Assembly: GCA_964416075.1 (NCBI GenBank)
Contig: CAYQDH010000006.1
Location: 1-35,164 of the forward strand
Origin: an uncultured Anaerolineales bacterium
GTDB taxonomy: Bacteria > Chloroflexota > Anaerolineae > UBA1429
Direction: 5' to 3'
DNA: 35,164 nucleotides
Both the position numbers and the translations under genes were made by a program. Position 1 is the stretch's first letter. Every line of letters starts with the position of its first letter. The notes below the pieces were generated by a model, which saw only the letters and a program-made list of their open reading frames with translations, made no database searches and was not told the DNA's origin. Below, piece by piece: positions 22,160 through 30,844 of the stretch.

Positions 22160-23941
22160 ATGAGTAGCAAGGGAATCGATGCTGAGCTCAAGTTGGAGAT
22201 TTATCGCAAGGGTGAGGGCCAAGTGCCGGGCCAATACTGGCTGTGGCCGCTGTATGGAGCAGGACTAGAGAACCTGGGTGTGGATGAAAAGCCTATCCTG
22301 GTGCAAACGCCCTCCTGCGGACCCGATCAATTGCTGGTGCGCCATGACGCGGTGGGTCTTTGCTTTTCCGATACCAAGATTATCAAGGCGGGAGAGACGC
22401 ATCCGCGTCTCATGGGGCGCAATATGAAAACCAACCCGGTGGTGTTGGGCCACGAGGTCTCGCTCACGGTGATGGAGGTGGGCAGCAACCTGAAGGGACA
22501 ATACACGCCGGGGGATCGCTTTATCGTCCAGGCTGATATCTATTACAAGGGCGTGGGCCTGGCCTACGGCTATGCACTTCAGGGCGGCCTCTCGCAGTTC
22601 AACATCATTGGCGACGAGATATTGCATGGCGACGAGGGATGCTACTTGCTCCCCGTGCAGCCTGAGACAGGCTATGCCCAGGCCGCTCTCACCGAGCCGT
22701 GGGCCTGCGTGACCGCGTCCTACGACGTGTCCTATCGCGCCGGCTGGAAGCCCGAGGGAACGGTGCTGATCGTTTCGGGACCCGCAGCGGGTGCTGATTA
22801 TCAACTGGGGACCCCTTACGGGGGGGGCCAGCCGCCGCGTTGCGTGGTGACGATGGGCGTTACGGGCATGCTGCTGGACGAGTTGCGCCGCCGCGCCAAG
22901 AGCGATGGCTTTGGCCTCGTCGAGCTGGGTGCGCCCAGTGCAGAGAGCCTCGCCCAGGCGAAGCAAGCATGCGACGAGAGCGCCGAGCGCTCGTTCGAAG
23001 ATATCGTGCTCCTAGGAGCCGATGCAGCCTTGTACGAGATGCTCGAGCCCCTGGCTGGCAAAGGCGGCCTCCTGAACCTGGTGGGAGCGGAGGGGCTCGT
23101 GAGCCCGGCACGAGTGGATGTGGGCCGGCTGCACTATGACAATCTCAGCCTCACCGGTACGAAGGAGAGGGATATCTCACTGGCCTATGAGCCGATCCGC
23201 ACAGAGCTACTCGCTGGCGGCAAGGCAGCCTTCCTGGGAGCCGCAGGACCTATGGGGCAGATGCACGTACAGCGTGCCCTACAGTCTCAAGATGGGCCCA
23301 GCCTGGCTGTGGCCACCGACCTGTTGCCAGACCGCCTGGAGGTGATCAACGTCAAGTTTGCCCAATTGATCGAGGCTCGACGAGGCGAGACCGAGTTGGT
23401 GCTGCGCGCGCCTGACGGCCAAAAGGCCGCCGAGTTCAACGCTGGTCTGATGGCCCTGACAGGGGGCAGAGGCTATGACGACATCGTCGTCCTCGCACCC
23501 AGTCCCGGGGTCATCGCGGGGTCCGTGAGTATGCTGGCCCCCGGTGGGGTGATGAACGTTTTCGCCGGGCTCTCGCGCGGCGTCCAAGCCCCCATCGACC
23601 TGACCCCGGTGGTCAACCGCGGTATTCGCTTCACCGGCACCAGCGGGTCCGCCATCCGCGACATGCGCAAGATGCTCATCGCCACCGAGGCGGGCGAACT
23701 GGATACCAACCTCTCGGTGGATGCTATCTCGGGGCTGAACGACGTGAAAAAGGGCCTGGAGGGGGTCATCCATCAAGGGTTCACGGGCAAAGTGGTCATC
23801 TATCCCCAAATCCTCGATTTTCCGCTGACGCGGCTCGAGGACCTCAAGGATGTGCTGCCCAACGTGTATGCCAAGCTGGGTCCTAATAACTCGTGGACCG
23901 TGGAAGCCGAGGCGCAATTCCTCGAGGAGTTGTTGCCATGA
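22160..23941 (+). CDS. atypically long (593 aa) MDR zinc-type dehydrogenase with two tandem Rossmann-like modules
   Basis: Catalytic-domain motifs are GLCFSD and LGHEVS. There is no structural-Zn Cys lobe. The first Rossmann-like module lacks GxGxxG. The second has GAAGPMG. AAGGAG lies upstream of the ATG. Confidence 0.8.
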   Translation: MSSKGIDAELKLEIYRKGEGQVPGQYWLWPLYGAGLENLGVDEKPILVQTPSCGPDQLLVRHDAVGLCFSDTKIIKAGETHPRLMGRNMKTNPVVLGHEVSLTVMEVGSNLKGQYTPGDRFIVQADIYYKGVGLAYGYALQGGLSQFNIIGDEILHGDEGCYLLPVQPETGYAQAALTEPWACVTASYDVSYRAGWKPEGTVLIVSGPAAGADYQLGTPYGGGQPPRCVVTMGVTGMLLDELRRRAKSDGFGLVELGAPSAESLAQAKQACDESAERSFEDIVLLGADAALYEMLEPLAGKGGLLNLVGAEGLVSPARVDVGRLHYDNLSLTGTKERDISLAYEPIRTELLAGGKAAFLGAAGPMGQMHVQRALQSQDGPSLAVATDLLPDRLEVINVKFAQLIEARRGETELVLRAPDGQKAAEFNAGLMALTGGRGYDDIVVLAPSPGVIAGSVSMLAPGGVMNVFAGLSRGVQAPIDLTPVVNRGIRFTGTSGSAIRDMRKMLIATEAGELDTNLSVDAISGLNDVKKGLEGVIHQGFTGKVVIYPQILDFPLTRLEDLKDVLPNVYAKLGPNNSWTVEAEAQFLEELLP

Positions 23942-24735
23942 GCGATTGCCGTCGTCTGGTGGACAAGGTTGCTGTCGTCACTGGCGCAGGCCAGGGGCTG
24001 GGCGAGGCCTTGGCTCGCCGCCTGGCCCAGGAAGGCGCCCATGTGGTCATCGCCGACATTGCCGACGACAAGGCGCAGGCTGTTTCGCGGGCTATCGTCG
24101 AACAATACGGCGTCCAGTCGTTCGCCGTCCACACCGACGTGACCGATCTCGAGCAGTGTGAGGCCATGGTGCGGCGCACGGTGGAGACCTATGGGCGCCT
24201 GGACATCCTAGTCTCCAATGCGGGTATCTTGATCGCCGGGGAGATCACTGAGATTAGCCCTGCGCACTGGCGCAAGGTCATCGACATTAACCTGGTGGGG
24301 TATTTCAACGTGGCTCGCGCGGCGGCGCGTGTGATGAAAGATCAGCGCAGCGGTGCGATCATCCAGATCAATAGCAAGTCGGGGAAAAAGGGCAGCAGCA
24401 AGAACTCGGCTTATGCGGCGAGCAAGTTCGGGGGCATCGGCCTGACTCAAAGCTTGGCCCTGGAACTGGCAGAATATGGCATTCGTGTCAACTCGATCTG
24501 TCCCGGCAACCTGCTGGATTCTCCGCTGTGGGTGGATAGCCTTTATGACCAATATGCCGAGCGGTGGGGGATCAGCAAAGAAGAGGTGCGGGCCAGGTAC
24601 TTGGGCCAGGTACCCCTGGGGCGCGGTTGTGTCTATAATGACGTGGCCAACGTGATGGTCTTTCTGGCCAGCGACGATTCTTCGTATATGACGGGCCAAG
24701 GGATCAATGTCACGGGCGGCCAGGAAATGCACTAG
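23938..24735 (+). CDS. short-chain dehydrogenase, sorbitol-6-phosphate 2-dehydrogenase (SrlD/GutD)-like
   Basis: Matches to E. coli SrlD as I recall it are IIQINSKSGKKGSSKNSAYAASKFGGIGLTQSLALELAEYGIRVNS and GRGCVYNDVANVMVFLASDDSSYMTGQGINVTGGQEMH. The ATG at 23938 overlaps the upstream stop (ATGA). Confidence 0.8.
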   Translation: MSDCRRLVDKVAVVTGAGQGLGEALARRLAQEGAHVVIADIADDKAQAVSRAIVEQYGVQSFAVHTDVTDLEQCEAMVRRTVETYGRLDILVSNAGILIAGEITEISPAHWRKVIDINLVGYFNVARAAARVMKDQRSGAIIQINSKSGKKGSSKNSAYAASKFGGIGLTQSLALELAEYGIRVNSICPGNLLDSPLWVDSLYDQYAERWGISKEEVRARYLGQVPLGRGCVYNDVANVMVFLASDDSSYMTGQGINVTGGQEMH

Positions 24736-24752
24736 GCTGGAATGGTTTGGTG

Positions 24753-25988
24753 ATGACAAATAACTGTGGGGATGGGGCCAACGACGCCGTACTCGGCGGC
24801 GCTGTTCTAGGTGATGCGGTGATGTTTGGCGCGGGCAACGTGGGGCGCGGTTTCCTGGGCCAGCTTTTCAGCGAATCGGGCTATCGTGTGGTGTTTGTGG
24901 ATATCGACGGGCCGCTGATTGCGCGGATGCGCCTGCAAGGGCATTATACCATCCGGCTGGTGGATAACACTCGCACAGAGGAGGTCCAAGTTAGCCCCGT
25001 CACGGGCCTCCTGAGCCGCGAAACCGAGGCGATCGCCGATGTGTTGGCGGGAGCTACTATCGCCGCGACGGCCGTTGGCGCGCGAGCCCTGACATTCATC
25101 GCCCCGACCATCGCGGCTGGTATCCAGCTACGAGCGGAGCGGAGAGTTACTACACCCCTCAACATCATCGTCTGCGAGAATCTTCATGGTGCGGCGTCCA
25201 TCTTTCGCGGGATGGTTTCCGAGCACCTGAACAGCTTGGGGCGGGAATACCTGGCCATGCACGTTGGCTTTGTGGACACGGTGATCGGGCGCATGGTACC
25301 CGAGCTGCCCCCGGAGCTCCGCGCCCAGGACCCCACCTTGATCATCGTGGAGCCCTATAAGGAACTACCCGTCGACCGCAGCGGGTTTGTGGGGCCCGCG
25401 CCCCAGATCGTGGGCATGCAGCCCTGCGACAATTTCGAGCTTTATACAGCGCGCAAGCTGTACTTGCACAACGCCGGCCATGCCGTGCTGGGCTACCTGG
25501 GCTACCGACGGGGCCACAAGCTGGGCTACGAGGCGCTGGAAGATGGCGAGATTCGGCCCATCCTGAGCGCCGCCCTGGAGGAATCGATGCGCGGCATTGT
25601 AGCGCACTACAAGGCCGAAGAGGGCTGGCTGCGCGCCCATGTGGACGACCTGCTGGCGCGCTTTGCGAACCGGGTCCTGGCCGACCCGGTCGTGCGCCTG
25701 GGCCGCGATCCCATGCGCAAGCTGGCTCCCTCCGACCGGTTGGTGGGCGCCGCGCGGGTGGCGGAGGAGGCGGGCACTTTGCCGGTGAACCTGGCCTGGG
25801 GTATCGCCGGGGCGCTGGCCTTCGATGCGCCCGAGGATACCATCGCAGTGCAGCTCCAACAACGCATCGCGGCTGAAGGCGTGCAGGCGGTTCTGGAGTC
25901 GGTGAGTGAGATTCGCCGTGATGAGCCCCTGGGGCTGGCCGTCCTGGACAGCTATCGACTCTTGCACGAGCAAGAGCGGTGGCGATGA
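24753..25988 (+). CDS. mannitol-1-phosphate 5-dehydrogenase (MtlD)-family protein
   Basis: Motifs recalled from E. coli MtlD are FGAGNVGRGFLG, PLNIIVCENL, VGFVDTVIGRMVP and LYLHNAGHAVLGYLG. The start is uncertain (TTG 24747, ATG 24753 or ATG 24822). Confidence 0.75.
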   Translation: MTNNCGDGANDAVLGGAVLGDAVMFGAGNVGRGFLGQLFSESGYRVVFVDIDGPLIARMRLQGHYTIRLVDNTRTEEVQVSPVTGLLSRETEAIADVLAGATIAATAVGARALTFIAPTIAAGIQLRAERRVTTPLNIIVCENLHGAASIFRGMVSEHLNSLGREYLAMHVGFVDTVIGRMVPELPPELRAQDPTLIIVEPYKELPVDRSGFVGPAPQIVGMQPCDNFELYTARKLYLHNAGHAVLGYLGYRRGHKLGYEALEDGEIRPILSAALEESMRGIVAHYKAEEGWLRAHVDDLLARFANRVLADPVVRLGRDPMRKLAPSDRLVGAARVAEEAGTLPVNLAWGIAGALAFDAPEDTIAVQLQQRIAAEGVQAVLESVSEIRRDEPLGLAVLDSYRLLHEQERWR

Positions 25989-26920
25989 TCTATACCATCA
26001 CGCTAAACCCCACGATCGACCGCACCATGCACTTTCCGCGGTTGGCCATTGGGGAGCTGAATCGAGCCAGCAGCTCGCGGATCGACCTCAGCGGCAAAGG
26101 GGTGAACGTCTCGGTGGCCCTGCGCATCTTTGGGGTGCAGACGACGCTGCTGGGCATCTCGGCGGGCGTGTTTGGGCGCATGCTGGTGGATGGCCTGCGT
26201 GCCCAAGGGTTCGCGTGCGACTTTACCGATGTGGCGGGCGAGACGCGCTCCAACGTGACGGTGATCGATGATGCCACGGGGGTTACTACCAAGCTGAATG
26301 AGCCTGGTCCCATGGTGACCGAGAGGGATCTCGTAGCGCTGATGGATGGTTTGGCTGCCCGGGTCGTGGCCGGCGACCTATGCGTCTTTTCGGGAAGCCT
26401 GCCACCCGGCGCCCCCGTGGATATTTATGCGCGCCTGATGCGGGTGGTGCAGGCCCGCGGCGGTGCGGCGGTCCTGGATACCAGCGGCCCGGCGCTGGCG
26501 GCGGGGTGCGCCGCGCATCCGGAGTGGATCAAGCCTAACGCGGACGAGGCTGCCGAGCTCGTACACCTTCCCTTCACCGCGGTGGAGGACCTGGCGCCGG
26601 GGGTGAAGGCCATCCTGGCCCTCGGGCCGCGGCGCGTGCTTCTCTCTCTGGGCAGCCGGGGCGCCGTGATGGCGGATGGACAAGGAGTTTGGTGGGCGCA
26701 GCCGCCGGGCATCGTCGAGATCAGTGCGGTGGGCGCTGGTGATGCGTTGATGGCTGGGGCGCTGTGGGCCTCTGTCTCCTTGGGCGCCTCACCCCTGGAG
26801 GTGGCCCGCTGGGCGGTCGCGAGCGGCACCGCCGCAGCGATGCAGGATGGGACAGCGATGCCCACTCGTACCCAGATCGAGGAGGTCTACGGCCAGGTGA
26901 CGGCCAGTCGCTTGGGCTAG
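25985..26920 (+). CDS. PfkB-family kinase of the 1-phosphofructokinase/tagatose-6-phosphate kinase (FruK/LacC) subfamily
   Basis: Motifs are MIYTITLNPTIDRT, GKGVNVS, KPNADEAAEL and VGAGDALMAG. The ATG at 25985 overlaps the upstream stop (ATGA). Confidence 0.8.
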   Translation: MIYTITLNPTIDRTMHFPRLAIGELNRASSSRIDLSGKGVNVSVALRIFGVQTTLLGISAGVFGRMLVDGLRAQGFACDFTDVAGETRSNVTVIDDATGVTTKLNEPGPMVTERDLVALMDGLAARVVAGDLCVFSGSLPPGAPVDIYARLMRVVQARGGAAVLDTSGPALAAGCAAHPEWIKPNADEAAELVHLPFTAVEDLAPGVKAILALGPRRVLLSLGSRGAVMADGQGVWWAQPPGIVEISAVGAGDALMAGALWASVSLGASPLEVARWAVASGTAAAMQDGTAMPTRTQIEEVYGQVTASRLG

Positions 26921-27107
26921 AGCCCGCGACCTGGCAGGGTGGCCAGACACCGTGAGATGGTAAGTGCCAGGGCAACATGATGCCCTGATGAGCATAGATT
27001 GGCGATATGTCGAGCCCGTGATACACTGGATAGCGGGCCCTGGACAGAGCACGGTAGACAAACATCGGTACTGCGGACTATTCACTAGTAAGGATAGAAG
27101 GTTCAAC

Positions 27108-29171
27108 ATGGCTGAAACAGTGACAAGCAAGGCGAGTGACCTGAGCAGGGAAGATCTGCTCGAGCTGTTGCGTCGTATGTGGGAGATTCGGCTGTTCGAG
27201 AACAAAGTCTCTGATCTCCTCAACCAGAACATCATCAAGGGCGCTTCTCATCTCTATGCGGGGCAGGAAGCGGTGGCGGTGGGCGCCGTCGCCGCGCTGC
27301 AAGACGAGGATTTGATCACCAGCACTCACCGCGGACACGGCCATTGCCATGCGCGAGGCGATTGCCTGGCCCCCACGCCGGAAGCCAAGCAAGAGCACCT
27401 GAACAAGATGATGGCCGAGCTTTGTGGCCGCGCCACAGGGTACTGCAAGGGCCGCGGTGGCTCGATGCACATCGCTGATGTGCAAAAGGGCAATCTGGGC
27501 GCCACGGGCATCGTCGGCGGCAACATCCCTGTAGCCACGGGTGCGGCGCTCTCGATGCAACTGCAAAAGATGAACCGCGTGGTGGTTTGTTTCTTTGGCG
27601 ATGGCGCCTCGAACACGGGCAACTTTCACGAGGGCCTGAATATGGCTTCGGCGTGGCGGTTGCCGGTGGTGTATGTGGTGGAGAACAACCTCTATGGCAT
27701 GTCCGTGCCCTTTAATAAGGTGAGTGCCCTGCCCGACATCGCCGCGCGCGCGGCGGCCTACGACATGCCTGGCGTTGTGGTAGATGGGATGGATGTCCTG
27801 GCCGTATATGAAGCGATCTCTGAGGCGGTGGCCCGTGCGCGCCGCGGTGAGGGCCCCACGCTCGTGGAGTGCAAAACCTACCGTTGGTATGGCCACAGCA
27901 AGTCGGACCCGCGCAAGTATCGAACCAAGGAAGAAGAGCAAGACTGGCACGATCGCGACCCGCTGACCGTGTTCTCTCAGCAATTGCTCGACACCAAGTT
28001 GGCCACGCAAGAAGAGCTGGACGCCGTGGAGAATCGGGCGGAAAAGGCCATCGAAAAGGCCACGGAATTCGCCCTGGCTTCACCCATGCCTGACCCCTCC
28101 GAGGTGGAGCAGGATGTGTATGTCCTCAGCAACCCCACCCCGGCGGAGATCGAGGCCGAGCGACGATTGCGCGAGCGCGTGCGTAGCGACACGACGATGC
28201 CCAAGCGACGCTACTCGGAAGCGATTCGCGATGCCCTTCGCGAAGAGATGCTGCGCGATCCCAAGGTCTTTGTGATGGGCGAGGACGTGGGCCTCTACGG
28301 CGGCGCCTATGCGGCGACGCGCGGCCTGTTCGAGGAGTTCGGTCCCGAGAAAGTGATCGACACACCCATCTCCGAGGCGCTCATCGGCGGCGCGGCGGTG
28401 GGGGCGGCCATGACGGGGATGCGCCCCGTGGCAGAGCTGATGTATGTGGATTTTACTCCGTTGGCCATGGACCAAATCGCCAACCAGGGAGCCAAAAACC
28501 GCTATATGTTTGGTGGCAAAACCACGGTGCCCATGGTGATCCGCACCGAGGGCGGCGCAGGGCGCAGCATTGCCGCGCACCACTCCCAGAGCCTGGAATC
28601 GCTGTGGACGCACTTTCCCGGTATTTACGTGGTCATGCCGGCTACGCCCTACGATGCCAAGGGCTTGCTCAAGGCCTGCATACGTGGCGATAACCCGGTA
28701 ATGTTTATCGAGCACAAGATGCTTTATAATAACGAGGGCCCTGTGCCCACTGAGGACTATGTGATTCCCTTGGGGATCGCGGATGTCAAGCGCGAGGGCA
28801 CCGATGTAACCATCATCTCCTACTCTCGCATGGTGCTACGTTCCCTGGAAGCCGCTGCCAAGTTGGCCGAGGAAGGGATCAGCGCGGAGGTGGTGGACCT
28901 GCGCTCGCTCAAGCCGCTGGATCTGGAGACGGTGGTGCGCTCGGTGCGCAAGACTGGGCGTGTGGTGGGCGTGACGGAGGCTTACAAGACCAATAGCTTT
29001 ATGAGCGAGCTCTTTACGCTGATCAACGAGAGCGCGTTTGACTACTTGGATGCGCCGATGGTGCGCGTTACGGCGTTGGACGTGCCGGTGCCTATGGCTG
29101 AGAGCCTGGAGGACGCGGATATTCCCAACGTGGCTCGGATCATCGACGCCGTGCGCAAGGTGCTGCGCTAA
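27108..29171 (+). CDS. fused E1 alpha-beta component of a 2-oxoacid (acetoin/pyruvate/branched-chain type) dehydrogenase complex
   Basis: The ORF track gives 26964..29171. I place the start at the ATG at 27108 (MAETVTSK). The alpha part has MMAELCGRATGYCKGRGGSMH and the TPP motif GDGASNTGNFHEGLNMASAWRLPVVYVVENN. The beta part begins near the internal ATG at 28197 (MPKRRYSEAIRDAL...VIDTPISEA). Confidence 0.85.
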   Translation: MAETVTSKASDLSREDLLELLRRMWEIRLFENKVSDLLNQNIIKGASHLYAGQEAVAVGAVAALQDEDLITSTHRGHGHCHARGDCLAPTPEAKQEHLNKMMAELCGRATGYCKGRGGSMHIADVQKGNLGATGIVGGNIPVATGAALSMQLQKMNRVVVCFFGDGASNTGNFHEGLNMASAWRLPVVYVVENNLYGMSVPFNKVSALPDIAARAAAYDMPGVVVDGMDVLAVYEAISEAVARARRGEGPTLVECKTYRWYGHSKSDPRKYRTKEEEQDWHDRDPLTVFSQQLLDTKLATQEELDAVENRAEKAIEKATEFALASPMPDPSEVEQDVYVLSNPTPAEIEAERRLRERVRSDTTMPKRRYSEAIRDALREEMLRDPKVFVMGEDVGLYGGAYAATRGLFEEFGPEKVIDTPISEALIGGAAVGAAMTGMRPVAELMYVDFTPLAMDQIANQGAKNRYMFGGKTTVPMVIRTEGGAGRSIAAHHSQSLESLWTHFPGIYVVMPATPYDAKGLLKACIRGDNPVMFIEHKMLYNNEGPVPTEDYVIPLGIADVKREGTDVTIISYSRMVLRSLEAAAKLAEEGISAEVVDLRSLKPLDLETVVRSVRKTGRVVGVTEAYKTNSFMSELFTLINESAFDYLDAPMVRVTALDVPVPMAESLEDADIPNVARIIDAVRKVLR

Positions 29172-29256
29172 TAGGGTGAGCGAATTCCCATCTGCCCGGC
29201 CAGACCGGCGCGCCAGCGCTGGTCCGGCGCAAGCAAACGACTATTGAGAGGAGCAT

Positions 29257-30633
29257 ATGGCAACCGAAGTTTTCCTGCCCAAGCTGGGCCAGACGATGGA
29301 AGAGGGCACCATCGTCGAATGGATGAAAAAAGAGGGCGACAAGATTAGTCGCGGGGACGTGCTCTTTACGGTAGAGTCCGACAAAGCGGTGCTGGAGGTC
29401 GAGTCCTCGGCCAAGGGTGTGCTGCTCAAGGTCCTGGTCGACAAAGGCGCCAAGGTCCCCGTGCTGACGACGGTGGGGATCATCGGGGAAGCCGGTGAGG
29501 ATATCGGCGCACTGTTGGCCAAGGGCGCACCCCCACAGGCCGCCGCGGCCGTCGCCGCGCCAGCGGCCCCGCAGCCACAGGCTGCACCTGCGGCCGCCGC
29601 GGCGCCCGAGCCCGCTGTGCCTGCGCCCCAGCCCATCCCCGGCCGCGAGCGCATCTTTGCCTCGCCTCGAGCGCGCCGGGTGGCGGAGGAAAAACAGGTC
29701 GATCTGAGTTACGTGCTTGGCAGCGGCCCAGAGGGTCGGATCATCGAGAAGGACGTCTTGGCCTATGCGGAGCGCCAGCCCAAGGCTACGCCGCTGGCGC
29801 GCAAGGTGGCTGCCGAGATGGGCGTCCCGTTGGAGCAGGTCCCTGCCGAGGGTGGGCGGATTACCGCGGAGCAGGTCCGCGCCGCTGGCGCGCCCGCTGT
29901 TGCGGCGGCCGCACCAACCGCGCCAGCTCCGGCGGCGCCTGCTGCCGGCCAGGTGGTGCCCATGGCGGGCGTGCGCGCTATCATCGCCGAACGCATGGGC
30001 AATTCGGCCCGCACCACAGCCGCTGTGACCCTGGAGAGCGTGGTCGATGCCACCGAGTTTGTGGCCCTGCGTACCAGGCTCAAGGAAGCGCTGGCCAAGG
30101 AATTGGGCTTTGATGTGGGCTATAACGACTTACTAGCGGTGATCGTGGCCCGTTGCCTGGTCGAGTTCCCCTACATGAATGTGCGGCTGGATGCCGATGG
30201 CATTCGGCACCTGCAGGACGTGAACGTGGGCCTGGCAGTGGATACCGAGCGCGGCCTGATCGTGCCGGTGATCCGCAATGCACAGCACATGGGGCTCAAG
30301 GAACTGGCCACCAAATTCCGCGAGGTGGTCTCCCGCGCCCGCGAGGGCAAGGCAGGCCCCGACGACCTCACCGGCGGCACATTTACCATTACCAACCTGG
30401 GTATGTTTGGCGTCGATGCCTTTACGCCGATCATCAACCTGCCCGAATCCGCCATACTGGGCGTGGGGCGCATCCGGGCGGAAGCGGCGGTAGTCAATGG
30501 GCAGGTCGCTGTGCGCCAGCGCATGTGGCTTAGCCTGACGTTCGATCATCGCGTGGTCGATGGCGCGCCGGCCGCCCGGTTTCTGCAAGGGATCATGAAA
30601 TACATCGAAACCCCCTATTTGCTCTTGTCATAG
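29257..30633 (+). CDS. dihydrolipoamide acyltransferase (E2) with a lipoyl domain, Ala/Pro linkers, a subunit-binding domain and a catalytic domain
   Basis: The lipoyl-Lys context is VESDKAVLEVES. The subunit-binding domain is ASPRARRVAEEKQVDLSYVLGSGPEGRI and the catalytic motif is DHRVVDG. GAGAGGAG lies upstream. Confidence 0.9.
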   Translation: MATEVFLPKLGQTMEEGTIVEWMKKEGDKISRGDVLFTVESDKAVLEVESSAKGVLLKVLVDKGAKVPVLTTVGIIGEAGEDIGALLAKGAPPQAAAAVAAPAAPQPQAAPAAAAAPEPAVPAPQPIPGRERIFASPRARRVAEEKQVDLSYVLGSGPEGRIIEKDVLAYAERQPKATPLARKVAAEMGVPLEQVPAEGGRITAEQVRAAGAPAVAAAAPTAPAPAAPAAGQVVPMAGVRAIIAERMGNSARTTAAVTLESVVDATEFVALRTRLKEALAKELGFDVGYNDLLAVIVARCLVEFPYMNVRLDADGIRHLQDVNVGLAVDTERGLIVPVIRNAQHMGLKELATKFREVVSRAREGKAGPDDLTGGTFTITNLGMFGVDAFTPIINLPESAILGVGRIRAEAAVVNGQVAVRQRMWLSLTFDHRVVDGAPAARFLQGIMKYIETPYLLLS

Positions 30634-30639
30634 GGGAAA

Positions 30640-30820
30640 GAACCACCAGGACCAAGGGCACCAAGGTTCCCTGCACAAGGCCCTATTGCCCTTTGGCTTG
30701 GCGGTGAGTCCTTCTGTACTTGCTAATGTTATGGGGGAGATAACTGCCAAGATACCAAGGATACTAGGGTTTTCCATTTAAGGCCTTGGCGCCCTTGGTG
30801 GCTTGGCGGTGAGTCCTTCT
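30640..30820. repeat. two adjacent imperfect hairpin elements built from CCAAGG/CACCAAG-type units, ending in an exact 21-bp direct repeat
   Basis: Left arms are GAACCACCAGGACCAAGGGCACCAAGG (30640-30666) and CTGCCAAGATACCAAGG. The complementary right arms contain CCTTGG/CTTGGCGGTG. GGCTTGGCGGTGAGTCCTTCT occurs at 30695-30715 and again at 30800-30820. Confidence 0.6.
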
Positions 30821-30844
30821 TCAGTGTCGCAAGGGAGGTGACCC

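Noticed and set aside
27078-28715. Minus-strand ORFs of 310 aa (27078..28010) and 211 aa (28080..28715) opposite the fused E1 gene.
   Set aside because: They are antisense to a CDS with TPP and beta-subunit motifs, and their composition is typical of GC shadows. The same reasoning applies to 20729..21448, 22265..22966, 23279..23917, 24208..24759, 25365..25973, 9740..10525, 14319..15116 and 29241..29654.
30640-30820. Possible CRISPR array, suggested by the repeated 21-mer.
   Set aside because: There are only two copies, the sequence between them is itself made of related inverted units, and no cas genes are present. This is better described as hairpin-type intergenic repeats.
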